From Eledone cirrhosa (lineage: Eukaryota), in the NCBI GenBank assembly GCA_964016885.1, contig OZ024742.1, positions 100,812,001 through 100,876,000 on the forward strand: DNA of 64,000 nucleotides, read 5' to 3'. Positions 24,301 through 39,300 of this stretch are shown piece after piece. The notes beneath the pieces are model-generated. The model made no database searches. It worked only from the letters and a program-made list of their open reading frames with translations, and had not been told where the DNA came from. The position numbers were made by a program, and so were the translations under genes. Each line of letters starts with the position of its first letter. Position 1 is the first letter of the stretch.

Positions 24301-27300
24301 AACAGTCAGGATGGTTGTGTGGTGTCTGTGATGTTGGTTATAACGGTCAGAATGGTTGTGTGGTGTCTGTGATGTTGGTTATTACAGTCAGGATGGTTGT
24401 GTGGTATCTGTAATGTTGGTTATAACAGTCAGGATGGTTGTGTGGTATCTGTGATGTTGGTTATAACAGTCAGAATGGTTGTGTGGTATCTGTGATGTTG
24501 GTTGTAACAGTCGAGATTGTTGTGTGATGTCTGTAATGTTGGTTATAACAGTCAGGATGGTTGTGTGGTGTCTGTGATGTTGGTTGTAACAGTCAGGATG
24601 GTTGTGTGGTATCTGTGATGTTGGTTGTAACAGTCAGGATGGTTGTGTGGTGTCTGTGATGTTGGTTATAAGAGTCAGAATGGTTGTGTGGTGTCTGTGA
24701 TGTTGGTTGTAACAGTCAGAATTGTTGTGTGGTGTCTGTGATGTTGGTTGTAACAGTCAGGATGGTTGTGTGGTATCTGTGATGTTGGTTATAACAGGAT
24801 GGTTGTGTGCTGTCAGTGATGTTGGTTGTAACAGTCAGGATGGTTGTGTGATGTCTGTGATGTTGGTTATAACGATCAGGATGGTTGTGTGGTGTCTGTG
24901 ATGTTGATTATAACAGTCAGGATGGTTGTGTGGTGTCTGTGATGTTGATTATAACAGTCAGGATGGTTGTGTGATGTCTGTAATGTTGGTTATAACAGTC
25001 AGGATGGTTGTGTGGTGTCTGTGATGTTGGTTGTAACAGTCAGGATGGTTGTGTGGTATCTGTGATGTTGGTTGTAACAGTCAGGATGGTTGTGTGGTGT
25101 CAGTGATGTTGATTATAACAGCCAGGATGGTTGTGTGGTGTCTGTGATGTTCATTATAACAGCCAGGATGGTTGTGTGGTGTCTGTGATGTTGATTATAA
25201 CAGTCGGGATGGTTGTGTGGTGTCTGATGTTGGTGGTAACAGTCAGGATGGTTGTGTGGTATCTGTGATGTTGATTGTAACAGCCAGGATGGTTGTGTGG
25301 TGTCTGTGATGTTGGTTGTAACAGTCAGGATGGTTGTGTGGTGTCTGTGATGTTGATTGTAACAGCCAGGATGGTTGTGTGGTATCTGTGATGTTGATTG
25401 TAACAGCCAGGATGGTTGTTTGGTATCTGTGATGTTGATTGTAACAGCAGGATGGTTGTGTGGTGTCGGTGATATTGATTGTAACAGCCAGGATGGTTGT
25501 CTGGTGTCTGTGATGTTGGTTGTAACAGTCAGGATGGTTGTGTGGTATCTGTGATGTTGGTTGTAACAGTCAGGATGGTTGTGTGGTGTCTGTGATGTTG
25601 ATTATAACAGTCGGGATGGTTGTGTGGTATCTGTGATGTTGGTCATAACAGTCAGGATGGTTGTGTGGTGTCTGTGATGTTGGTTATAACAGTCAGAATG
25701 GTTGTGTGGTGTCTGTGATGTTGGTTGTAACAGTCAGGATGGTTGTGTGGTGTCTGTGATGTTGGTTATAACAGTCAGGATGGTTGTGTGGTATCTGTAA
25801 TGTTGGTTATAACAGTCAGGATGGTTGTGTGGTATCTGTGATGTTGGTTGTGTGGTGTCTGTGATGTTGGTTATAACAATCAGAATGGTTGTGTGGTGTC
25901 TGTGATGTTGGTTGTAACAGTCAGGATGGTTGTGTGGTGTCTGTGATGTTGGTTATTACAGTCAGGATGGTTGTGTGGTATCTGTAATGTTGGTTATAAC
26001 AGTAAGGATGGTTGTGTGGTATCTGTGATGTTGGTTATAACAGTCAGAATGGTTGTGTGGTATCTGTGATGTTGGTTGTAACAGTCAAGATGGTTGTATG
26101 GTATCTGTGATGTTGGTTATAACAGTCAGGATGGTTGTGTGGTGTCAGTGATGTTGGTTGTAACAGTCAGGATGGTTGTGTGATGTCTGTGATGTTGGTT
26201 ATAACAATCATGATGGTTGTGTGGTGTCTGTGATGTTGGTTATAACAGTCAGGATGGTTGTGTGGTATCTGTAATGTTGGTTATAACAGTCAGGATGGTT
26301 GTGTGATGTCTGTGATGTTGGTTATAACAGTCAGGATGGTTGTGTGGTGTCAGTGATGTTGGTTATAACAGTCAGGATGGTTGTGTGGTGTCTGTGATGT
26401 TGATTATAACAGTCAGGATGGTTGTGTGGTGTCTGTGATGTTGGTTATAACAGTCAGAATAGTTGTGTTGTGTCTGTGATGATGGTTGTGTGGTATCTGT
26501 AATGTTGGTTATAACAGTCAGGATGGTTGTGTGTTATCTGTGATGTTGGTTATAACAGTCAGAATGGTTGTGTGGTGTCTGTGATGTTGGTTGTAACAGT
26601 CAGGATAGTTGTGTGGTATTTGTGATGTTGGTTGTAACAGTCAGGATGGTTGTGTGGTATCTGTAATGTTGGTTGTAACAGTCAGGATGGTTGTGTGGTG
26701 TCTGTGATGTTGGTTATAACAGTCAGGATGGTTGTGTGGTATCTGTAATGTTGGTTATAACAGTCAGAATGGTTGTGTGGTGTCTGTGATGTTGGTTGTA
26801 ACAGTCAGGATGGTTGTGTGGTGTCTGTGATGTTGGTTATAACGGTCAGAATGGTTGTGTGGTGTCTGTGATGTTGGTTATTACAGTCAGGATGGTTGTG
26901 TGGTATCTGTAATGTTGGTTATAACAGTCAGGATGGTTGTGTGGTATCTGTGATGTTGGTTATAACAGTCAGAATGGTTGTGTGGTATCTGTGATGTTGG
27001 TTGTAACAGTCGAGATTGTTGTGTGATGTCTGTAATGTTGGTTATAACAGTCAGGATGGTTGTGTGGTGTCTGTGATGTTGGTTGTAACAGTCAGGATGG
27101 TTGTGTGGTATCTGTGATGTTGGTTGTAACAGTCAGGATGGTTGTGTGGTGTCTGTGATGTTGGTTATAAGAGTCAGAATGGTTGTGTGGTGTCTGTGAT
27201 GTTGGTTGTAACAGTCAGAATTGTTGTGTGGTGTCTGTGATGTTGGTTGTAACAGTCAGGATGGTTGTGTGGTATCTGTGATGTTGGTTATAACAGGATG

Positions 27301-30300
27301 GTTGTGTGCTGTCAGTGATGTTGGTTGTAACGGTCAGGATGGTTGTGTGATGTCTGTGATGTTGGTTATAACGATCAGGATGGTTGTGTGGTGTCTGTGA
27401 TGTTGATTATAACAGTCAGGATGGTTGTGTGGTGTCTGTGATGTTGATTATAACAGTCAGGATGGTTGTGTGATGTCTGTAATGTTGGTTATAACAGTCA
27501 GGATGGTTGTGTGGTGTCTGTGATGTTGGTTGTAACAGTCAGGATGGTTGTGTGGTATCTGTGATGTTGGTTGTAACAGTCAGGATGGTTGTGTGGTGTC
27601 AGTGATGTTGATTATAACAGCCAGGATGGTTGTGTGGTGTCTGTGATGTTCATTATAACAGCCAGGATGGTTGTGTGGTGTCTGTGATGTTGATTATAAC
27701 AGTCGGGATGGTTGTGTGGTGTCTGATGTTCGTGGTAACAGTCAGGATGGTTGTGTGGTATCTGTGATGTTGATTGTAACAGCCAGGATGGTTGTGTGGT
27801 GTCTGTGATGTTGGTTGTAACAGTCAGGATGGTTGTGTGGTGTCTGTGATGTTGATTGTAACAGCCAGGATGGTTGTGTGGTATCTGTGATGTTGATTGT
27901 AACAGCCAGGATGGTTGTTTGGTATCTGTGATGTTGATTGTAACAGCAGGATGGTTGTGTGGTGTCGGTGATATTGATTGTAACAGCCAGGATGGTTGTC
28001 TGGTGTCTGTGATGTTGGTTGTAACAGTCAGGATGGTTGTGTGGTATCTGTGATGTTGGTTGTAACAGTCAGGATGGTTGTGTGGTGTCTGTGATGTTGA
28101 TTATAACAGTCGGGATGGTTGTGTGGTATCTGTGATGTTGGTCATAACAGTCAGGATGGTTGTGTGGTGTCTGTGATGTTGGTTATAACAGTCAGAATGG
28201 TTGTGTGGTGTCTGTGATGTTGGTTGTAACAGTCAGGATGGTTGTGTGGTGTCTGTGATGTTGGTTATAACAGTCAGGATGGTTGTGTGGTATCTGTAAT
28301 GTTGGTTATAACAGTCAGGATGGTTGTGTGGTATCTGTGATGTTGGTTATAACAATCAGAATGGTTGTGTGGTGTCTGTGATGTTGGTTGTAACAGTCAG
28401 GATGGTTGTGTGGTGTCTGTGATGTTGGTTATTACAGTCAGGATGGTTGTGTGGTATCTGTAATGTTGGTTATAACAGTAAGGATGGTTGTGTGGTATCT
28501 GTGATGTTGGTTATAACAGTCAGAATGGTTGTGTGGTATCTGTGATGTTGGTTGTAACAGTCAGGATGGTTGTGTGGTATCTGTGATGTTGGTTATAACA
28601 GTCAGGATGGTTGTGTGGTGTCAGTGATGTTGGTTGTAACAGTCAGGATGGTTGTGTGATGTCTGTGATGTTGGTTATAACAATCATGATGGTTGTGTGG
28701 TGTCTGTGATGTTGATTATAACAGTCAGGATGGTTGTGTGGTGTCTGTGATGTTGATTATAACAGTCAGGATGGTTGTGTGATGTCTGTGATGTTGGTTA
28801 TAACAGTCAGGATGGTTGTGTGGTGTCAGTGATGTTGGTTATAACAGTCAGGATGGTTGTGTGGTGTCTGTGATGTTGATTATAACAGTCAGGATGGTTG
28901 TGTGGTGTCTGTGATGTTGATTATAACAGTCAGGATGGTTGTGTGATGTCTGTGATGTTGGTTATAACAGTCAGGATGGTTGTGTGGTATCTGTGATGTT
29001 GGTTATAACAGTCAGAATGGTTGTGTGGTGTCTGTGATGTTGATTATAACAGCCAGGATTGTTGTGTGGTGTCTGTGATGTTGATTATAACAGTCGGGAT
29101 GGTTGTGTGGTGTCTGTGATGTTGGTGGTAACAGTCAGGATGGTTGTGTGGTATCTGTGATGTTGGTTATAACAGTCAGGATGGTTGTGTGGTATCTGTG
29201 ATGTTGGTTATAACAGTCAGGATGGTTGTGTGGTATCTGTGATGTTGATTGTAACAGCCAGGATGGTTGTTTGGTATCTGTGATGTTGATTGTAACAGCC
29301 AGGATGGTTGTGTGGTGTCTGTGATGTTGATTGTAACAGCCAGGATGGTTGTGTGGTGTCTGTGATGTTGGTTATAACAGTCAGGATGGTTGTGTGGTAT
29401 CTGTGATGTTGGTTGTAACAGTCAGGATGGTTGTGTGGTATCTGTGATGTTGATTGTAACAGTCAGGATGGTTGTGTGGTATCTGTGATGTTGATTGTAA
29501 CAGCCAGGATGGTTGTGTGGTATCTGTGATGTTGATTGTAACAGCCAGGATGGTTGTGTGGTATCTGTGATGTTGGTTATAACAGTCAGGATGGTTGTGT
29601 GATGTCTGTAATGTTGGTTGTAACAGTCAGGATGGTTGTGTGGTGTCTGTGATGTTGGTTATAACAGTCAGGATGGTTGTGTGGTATCTGTGATGTTGGT
29701 TATAACAGTCAGGATGGTTGTGTGGTATCTGTGATGTTGGTTGTAACAGTCAGGATGGTTGTGTGGTGTCTGTGATGTTGGTTGTAACAGTCAGGATGGT
29801 TGTGTGGTGTCTGTGATGTTGGTTGTAACAGTCAGGATAGTTGTGTGGTATTTGTGATGTTGGTTGTAACAGTCAGGATAGTTGTGTGGTATTTGTGATG
29901 TTGGTTGTAACAGTCAGGATGGTTGTGTGGTATCTGTGATGTTGGTTGTAACAGTCAGGATGGTTGTGTGGTATTTGTGATGTTGGTTATAACAGCCAGA
30001 ATGGTTGTGTGATGTCTGTGATGTTGGTTGTAACAGTCAGGATGGTTGTGTGGTGTCTGTGATGTTGGTTATAACAGTCAGAATAGTTGTGTTGTGTCTG
30101 TGATGATGGTTGTGTGGTATCTGTAATGTTGGTTATAACAGTCAGGATGGTTGTGTGTTATCTGTGATGTTGGTTATAACAGTCAGAATGGTTGTGTGGT
30201 GTCTGTGATGTTGGTTGTAACAGTCAGGATAGTTGTGTGGTATTTGTGATGTTGGTTGTAACAGTCAGGATGGTTGTGTGGTATCTGTAATGTTGGTTGT

Positions 30301-33300
30301 AACAGTCAGGATGGTTGTGTGGTGTCTGTGATGTTGGTTATAACAGTCAGGATGGTTGTGTAGTATCTGTAATGTTGGTTATAACAGTCAGAATGGTTGT
30401 GTGGTGTCTGTGATGTTGGTTGTAACAGTCAGGATGGTTGTGTGGTGTCTGTGATGTTGGTTATAACGGTCAGAATGGTTGTGTGGTGTCTGTGATGTTG
30501 GTTATTACAGTCAGGATGGTTGTGTGGTATCTGTAATGTTGGTTATAACAGTCAGGATGGTTGTGTGGTATCTGTGATGTTGGTTATAACAGTCAGAATG
30601 GTTGTGTGGTATCTGTGATGTTGGTTGTAACAGTCGAGATTGTTGTGTGATGTCTGTAATGTTGGTTATAACAGTCAGGATGGTTGTGTGGTGTCTGTGA
30701 TGTTGGTTGTAACAGTCAGGATGGTTGTGTGGTATCTGTGATGTTGGTTGTAACAGTCAGGATGGTTGTGTGGTGTCTGTGATGTTGGTTATAAGAGTCA
30801 GAATGGTTGTGTGGTGTCTGTGATGTTGGTTGTAACAGTCAGAATTGTTGTGTGGTGTCTGTGATGTTGGTTGTAACAGTCAGGATGGTTGTGTGGTATC
30901 TGTGATGTTGGTTATAACAGGATGGTTGTGTGCTGTCAGTGATGTTGGTTGTAACAGTCAGGATGGTTGTGTGATGTCTGTGATGTTGGTTATAACGATC
31001 AGGATGGTTGTGTGGTGTCTGTGATGTTGATTATAACAGTCAGGATGGTTGTGTGGTGTCTGTGATGTTGATTATAACAGTCAGGATGGTTGTGTGATGT
31101 CTGTAATGTTGGTTATAACAGTCAGGATGGTTGTGTGGTGTCTGTGATGTTGGTTGTAACAGTCAGGATGGTTGTGTGGTATCTGTGATGTTGGTTGTAA
31201 CAGTCAGGATGGTTGTGTGGTGTCAGTGATGTTGATTATAACAGCCAGGATGGTTGTGTGGTGTCTGTGATGTTCATTATAACAGCCAGGATGGTTGTGT
31301 GGTGTCTGTGATGTTGATTATAACAGTCGGGATGGTTGTGTGGTGTCTGATGTTGGTGGTAACAGTCAGGATGGTTGTGTGGTATCTGTGATGTTGATTG
31401 TAACAGCCAGGATGGTTGTGTGGTGTCTGTGATGTTGGTTGTAACAGTCAGGATGGTTGTGTGGTGTCTGTGATGTTGATTGTAACAGCCAGGATGGTTG
31501 TGTGGTATCTGTGATGTTGATTGTAACAGCCAGGATGGTTGTTTGGTATCTGTGATGTTGATTGTAACAGCAGGATGGTTGTGTGGTGTCGGTGATATTG
31601 ATTGTAACAGCCAGGATGGTTGTCTGGTGTCTGTGATGTTGGTTGTAACAGTCAGGATGGTTGTGTGGTATCTGTGATGTTGGTTGTAACAGTCAGGATG
31701 GTTGTGTGGTGTCTGTGATGTTGATTATAACAGTCGGGATGGTTGTGTGGTATCTGTGATGTTGGTCATAACAGTCAGGATGGTTGTGTGGTGTCTGTGA
31801 TGTTGGTTATAACAGTCAGAATGGTTGTGTGGTGTCTGTGATGTTGGTTGTAACAGTCAGGATGGTTGTGTGGTGTCTGTGATGTTGGTTATAACAGTCA
31901 GGATGGTTGTGTGGTATCTGTAATGTTGGTTATAACAGTCAGGATGGTTGTGTGGTATCTGTGATGTTGGTTGTGTGGTGTCTGTGATGTTGGTTATAAC
32001 AATCAGAATGGTTGTGTGGTGTCTGTGATGTTGGTTGTAACAGTCAGGATGGTTGTGTGGTGTCTGTGATGTTGGTTATTACAGTCAGGATGGTTGTGTG
32101 GTATCTGTAATGTTGGTTATAACAGTAAGGATGGTTGTGTGGTATCTGTGATGTTGGTTATAACAGTCAGAATGGTTGTGTGGTATCTGTGATGTTGGTT
32201 GTAACAGTCAAGATGGTTGTATGGTGTCTGTGATGTTGGTTATAACAGTCAGAATGGTTGTGTGGTGTCTGTGATGTTGGTTGTAACAGTCAGGATGGTT
32301 GTGTGGTGTCTGTGATGTTGGTTGTAACAGTCAGGATGGTTGTGTGGTATCTGTGATGTTGGTTATAACAGTCAGGATGGTTGTGTGGTGTCAGTGATGT
32401 TGGTTGTAACGGTCAGGATGGTTGTGTGATGTCTGTGATGTTGCTTATAACAATCAGGATGGTTGTGTGGTGTCTGTGATGTTGATTATAACAGTCAGGA
32501 TGGTTGTGTGATGTCTGTGATGTTGGTTATAACAGTCAGGATGGTTGTGTGGTGTCTGTGATGTTGATTATAACAGTCAGGATGGTTGTGTGGTGTCTGT
32601 GATGTTGGTTATAACAGTCAGGATGGTTGTGTGGTGTCTGTGATGTTGGTTGTAACAGTCAGGATGGTTGTGTGGTGTCTGTAATGTTGATTATAACAGC
32701 CAGGATGGTTGTGTGGTGTCTGTAATGTTGATTATAACAGCCAGGATGGTTGTGTGGTGTCTGTGATGTTGATTATAACAGCCAGGATGGTTGTGTGGTA
32801 TCTGTGATGTTGGTTATAACAGTCAGGATGGTTGTGTGGTATCTGTGATGTTGGTTGTAACAGTTAAGATGGTTGTGTGGTGTCTGTGATGTTGGTTATA
32901 ACAGTCAGAATGGTTGTGTGGTGTCTGTGATGTTGGTTGTAACAGTCAGGATGGTTGTGTGGTGTCTGCGATGTTGGTTATAACAGTCAGGATGGTTGTG
33001 TGGTATCTGTGATGTTGGTTGTAACAGTCAGGATGGTTGTGTGGTATCTGTGATGTTGATTGTAACAGTCAGGATGGTTGTGTGCTATCTGTGATGTTGA
33101 TTGTAACAGCCAGGATGGTTGTGTGGTGTCTGTGATGTTGATTATAACAGCCAGGATAGTTGTGTGGTGTCTGTGATGTTGGTTATAACAGCCAGGATGG
33201 TTGTGTGGTATCTGTGATGTTGATTGTAACAGCCAGGATGGTTGTCTGGTATCTGTGATGTTGGTTATAACAGTCAGGATGGTTGTGTGATGTCTGTAAT

Positions 33301-36300
33301 GTTGGTTGTAACAGTCAGGATGGTTGTGTGGTGTCTGTGATGTTGGTTATAACAGTCAGGATGGTTGTGTGGTGTCTGTGATGTTGGTTGTAACAGTCAG
33401 GATGGTTATGTGGTGTCTGTGATATTGATTATAACAGTCAGGATGGTTGTGTGGTGTCTGTGATGTTTATTATAACAGTCAGGATGGTTGTGTTGTGTCT
33501 GTGATGTTGATTATAACAGTCAGGATGGTTGTGTGGTGTCTGTGATGTTGATTGTAACAGCCAGGATGGTTGTGTGGTATCTGTGATGTTGATTGTAACA
33601 GCCAGGATGGTTGTTTGGTATCTGTGATGTTGATTGTAACAGCAGGATGGTTGTGTGGTGTCTGTGATATTGATTGTAACAGCCAGGATGGTTGTCTGGT
33701 GTCTGTGATGTTGGTTGTAACAGTCAGGATGGTTGTGTGGTATCTGTGATGTTGGTTGTAACAGTCAGGATGGTTGTGTGGTGTCTGTGATGTTGATTAT
33801 AACAGTCGGGATGGTTGTGTGGTATCTGTGATGTTGGTTATAACAGCCAGGATGGTTGTGTGGTATCTATGATGTTGGTTATAACAGTCAGAATGGTTGT
33901 GTGGTGTCTGTGATGTTGGTGGTAACAGTCAGGATGGTTGTGTGGTGTCTGTGATGTTGGTTATAACAGTCAGAATGGTTGTGTGGTGACTGTGATGTTG
34001 GTTGTAACAGTCAGGATGGTTGTGTGGTGTCTGTGATGTTGGTTATAACAGTCAGGATGGTTGTGTGGTATCTGTAATGTTGGTTATAACAGTCAGGATG
34101 GTTGTGTGGTATCTGTGATGTTGGTTGTGTGGTGTCTGTGATGTTGGTTATAACAATCAGAATGGTTGTGTGGTGTCTGTGATGTTGGTTGTAACAGTCA
34201 GGATGGTTGTGTGGTGTCTGTGATGTTGGTTATTACAGTCAGGATGGTTGTGTGGTATCTGTAATGTTGGTTATAACAGTAAGGATGGTTGTGTGGTATC
34301 TGTGATGTTGGTTATAACAGTCAGAATGGTTGTGTGGTATCTGTGATGTTGGTTGTAACAGTCAAGATGGTTGTGTGGTGTCTGTGATGTTGGTTATAAC
34401 AGTCAGAATGGTTGTGTGGTGTCTGTGATGTTGGTTGTAACAGTCAGGATGGTTGTGTGGTGTCTGTGATGTTGGTTGTAACAGTCAGGATGGTTGTGTG
34501 GTATCTGTGATGTTGGTTATAACAGTCAGGATGGTTGTGTGGTGTCAGTGATGTTGATTATAACAGTCAGGATGGTTGTGTGATGTCTGTGATGTTGGTT
34601 ATAACAGTCAGGATGGTTGTGTGGTGTCAGTGATGTTGGTTATAACAGTCAGGATGGTTGTGTGGTGTCTGTGATGTTGATTATAACAGTCAGGATGGTT
34701 GTGTGGTGTCTGTGATGTTGATTATAACAGTCAGGATGGTTGTGTGATGTCTGTGATGTTGGTTATAACAGTCAGGATGGTTGTGTGGTGTCTGTGATGT
34801 TGGTTGTAACAGTCAGGATGGTTGTGTGGTGTCTGTAATGTTGATTATAACAGCCAGGATGGTTGTGTGGTGTCTGTGATGTTGATTATAACAGCCAGGA
34901 TGGTTGTGTGGTGTCTGTGATGTTGATTATAACAGTCAGGATGGTTGTGTGATGTCTGTGATGTTGGTTATAACAGTCAGGATGGTTGTGTGGTGTCTGT
35001 GATGTTGGTTGTAACAGTCAGGATGGTTGTGTGGTGTCTGTAATGTTGATTATAACAGCCAGGATGGTTGTGTGGTGTCTGTGATGTTGATTATAACAGC
35101 TAGGATGGTTGTGTGGTGTCTGTGATGTTGATTATACAGTCGGGATGGTTGTCTGGTGTCTGTGATGTTGGTGGTAACAGTCAGGATGGTTGTGTGGTAT
35201 CTGTGATGTTGGTTATAACAGTCGGGATGGTTGTGTGGTATCTGTGATGTTGGTTGTAACAGTCAAGATGGTTGTGTGGTGTCTGTGATGTTGGTTATAA
35301 CAGTCAGAATGGTTGTGTGGTGTCTGTGATGTTGGTTGTAACAGTCAGGATGGTTGTGTGGTGTCTGTGATGTTGATTATAACAGCTAGGATGGTTGTGT
35401 GGTGTCTGTGATGTTGATTATACAGTCGGGATGGTTGTCTGGTGTCTGTGATGTTGGTGGTAACAGTCAGGATGGTTGTGTGGTATCTGTGGTGTTGGTT
35501 ATAACAGTCGGGATGGTTGTGTGGTATCTGTGATGTTGGTTGTAACAGTCAAGATGGTTGTGTGGTGTCTGTGATGTTGGTTATAACAGTCAGAATGGTT
35601 GTGTGGTGTCTGTGATGTTGGTTGTAACAGCCAGGATGGTTGTGTGGTGTCTGCGATGTTGGTTATAACAGTCAGGATGGTTGTGTGGTATCTGTGATGT
35701 TGGTTGTAACAGTCAGGATGGTTGTGTGGTATCTGTGATGTTGATTGTAACGGTCAGGATGGTTGTGTGCTATCTGTGATGTTGATTGTAACAGCCAGGA
35801 TGGTTGTGTGGTGTCTGTGATGTTGATTATAACAGCCAGGATAGTTGTGTGGTGTCTGTGATGTTGGTTATAACAGCCAGGATGGTTGTGTGGTATCTGT
35901 GATGTTGATTGTAACAGCCAGGATGGTTGTGTGGTATCTGTGATGTTGGTTATAACAGTCAGGATGGTTGTGTGATGTCTGTAATGTTGGTTGTAACAGT
36001 CAGGATGGTTGTGTGGTGTCTGTGATGTTGGTTATAACAGTCAGGATGGTTGTGTGGTATCTGTGATGTTGGTTATAACAGTCAGGATGGTTGTGTGGTA
36101 TCTGTGATGTTGGTTGTAACAGTCAGGATGGTTGTGTGGTGTCTGTGATGTTGGTTGTAACAGTTAGGATGGTTATGTGGTGTCTGTGATGTTGATTATA
36201 ACAGTCAGGATGGTTGTGTGGTGTCTGTGATGTTTATTATAACAGTCAGGATGGTTGTGTTGTGTCTGTGATGTTGATTATAACAGTCAGGATGGTTGTG

Positions 36301-39300
36301 TGGTATCTGTGATGTTGGTTGTAACAGTCAGGATGGTTGTGTGGTATCTGTGATGTTGATTGTAACAGTCAGGATGGTTGTGTGCTATCTGTGATGTTGA
36401 TTGTAACAGCCAGGATGGTTGTGTGGTGTCTGTGATGTTGATTATAACAGACAGGATAGTTGTGTGGTGTCTGTGATGTTGGTTATAACAGCCAGGATGG
36501 TTGTGTGGTATCTGTGATGTTGATTGTAACAGCCAGGATGGTTGTGTGGTATCTGTGATGTTGGTTATAACAGTCAGGATGGTTGTGTGATGCCTGTAAT
36601 GTTTGTTGTAACAGCCAGGATGGTTGTGTGGTATCTGTGATGTTGGTTATAACAGTCAGGATGGTTGTGTGGTGTCTGTGATGTTGGTTATTACAGCGAG
36701 GATGGTTGTGTGGTATCTGTGATGTTGATTGTAACAGTCAGGATGGTTGTCTGCTATCTGTGATGTTGATTGTAACAGCCAGGATGGTTGTGTGGTGTCT
36801 GTGATGTTGATTATAACAGCCAGGATAGTTGTGTGGTGTCTGTGATGTTGGTTATAACAGCCAGGATGGTTGTGTGGTATCTGTGATGTTGATTATAACA
36901 GCCAGGATGGTTGTGTGGTGTCTGTGATGTTGATTATAACAGCCAGGATGGTTGTGTGGTGTCTGTGATGTTGATTATACAGTCAGGATGGTTGTGTGGT
37001 ATCTGTGATGTTGGTTATAACAGTCAGGATGGTTGTGTGGTATCTGTGATGTTGGTTGTAACAGTCAAGATGGTTGTGTGGTGTCTGTGATGTTGGTTAT
37101 AACAGTCAGAATGGATGTGTGGTGTCTGTGATGTTGGTTGTAACAGTCAGGATGGTTGTGTGGTGTCTGTGATGTTTATTATAACAGTCAGGATGGTTGT
37201 GTTGTGTCTGTGATGTTGATTATAACAGTCAGGATGGTTGTGTGGTGTCTGTGATGTTGATTGTAACAGCCAGGATGGTTGTGTGGTATCTGTGATGTTG
37301 ATTGTAACAGCCAGGATGGTTGTTTGGTATCTGTGATGTTGATTGTAACAGCAGGATGGTTGTGTGGTGTCTGTGATATTGATTGTAACAGCCAGGATGG
37401 TTGTCTGGTGTCTGTGATGTTGGTTGTAACAGTCAGGATGGTTGTGTGGTATCTGTGATGTTGGTTGTAACAGTCAGGATGGTTGTGTGGTGTCTGTGAT
37501 GTTGATTATAACAGTCGGGATGGTTGTGTGGTATCTGTGATGTTGGTTATAACAGCCAGGATGGTTGTGTGGTATCTATGATGTTGGTTATAACAGTCAG
37601 AATGGTTGTGTGGTGTCTGTGATGTTGGTGGTAACAGTCAGGATGGTTGTGTGGTGTCTGTGATGTTGGTTATAACAGTCAGAATGGTTGTGTGGTGACT
37701 GTGATGTTGGTTGTAACAGTCAGGATGGTTGTGTGGTGTCTGTGATGTTGGTTATAACAGTCAGGATGGTTGTGTGGTATCTGTAATGTTGGTTATAACA
37801 GTCAGGATGGTTGTGTGGTATCTGTGATGTTGGTTGTGTGGTGTCTGTGATGTTGGTTATAACAATCAGAATGGTTGTGTGGTGTCTGTGATGTTGGTTG
37901 TAACAGTCAGGATGGTTGTGTGGTGTCTGTGATGTTGGTTATTACAGTCAGGATGGTTGTGTGGTATCTGTAATGTTGGTTATAACAGTAAGGATGGTTG
38001 TGTGGTATCTGTGATGTTGGTTATAACAGTCAGAATGGTTGTGTGGTATCTGTGATGTTGGTTGTAACAGTCAAGATGGTTGTGTGGTGTCTGTGATGTT
38101 GGTTATAACAGTCAGAATGGTTGTGTGGTGTCTGTGATGTTGGTTGTAACAGTCAGGATGGTTGTGTGGTGTCTGTGATGTTGGTTGTAACAGTCAGGAT
38201 GGTTGTGTGGTATCTGTGATGTTGGTTATAACAGTCAGGATGGTTGTGTGGTGTCAGTGATGTTGATTATAACAGTCAGGATGGTTGTGTGATGTCTGTG
38301 ATGTTGGTTATAACAGTCAGGATGGTTGTGTGGTGTCAGTGATGTTGGTTATAACAGTCAGGATGGTTGTGTGGTGTCTGTGATGTTGATTATAACAGTC
38401 AGGATGGTTGTGTGGTGTCTGTGATGTTGATTATAACAGTCAGGATGGTTGTGTGATGTCTGTGATGTTGGTTATAACAGTCAGGATGGTTGTGTGGTGT
38501 CTGTGATGTTGGTTGTAACAGTCAGGATGGTTGTGTGGTGTCTGTAATGTTGATTATAACAGCCAGGATGGTTGTGTGGTGTCTGTGATGTTGATTATAA
38601 CAGCCAGGATGGTTGTGTGGTGTCTGTGATGTTGATTATAACAGTCAGGATGGTTGTGTGATGTCTGTGATGTTGGTTATAACAGTCAGGATGGTTGTGT
38701 GGTGTCTGTGATGTTGGTTGTAACAGTCAGGATGGTTGTGTGGTGTCTGTAATGTTGATTATAACAGCCAGGATGGTTGTGTGGTGTCTGTGATGTTGAT
38801 TATAACAGCTAGGATGGTTGTGTGGTGTCTGTGATGTTGATTATACAGTCGGGATGGTTGTCTGGTGTCTGTGATGTTGGTGGTAACAGTCAGGATGGTT
38901 GTGTGGTATCTGTGATGTTGGTTATAACAGTCGGGATGGTTGTGTGGTATCTGTGATGTTGGTTGTAACAGTCAAGATGGTTGTGTGGTGTCTGTGATGT
39001 TGGTTATAACAGTCAGAATGGTTGTGTGGTGTCTGTGATGTTGGTTGTAACAGTCAGGATGGTTGTGTGGTGTCTGTGATGTTGATTATAACAGCTAGGA
39101 TGGTTGTGTGGTGTCTGTGATGTTGATTATACAGTCGGGATGGTTGTCTGGTGTCTGTGATGTTGGTGGTAACAGTCAGGATGGTTGTGTGGTATCTGTG
39201 GTGTTGGTTATAACAGTCGGGATGGTTGTGTGGTATCTGTGATGTTGGTTGTAACAGTCAAGATGGTTGTGTGGTGTCTGTGATGTTGGTTATAACAGTC

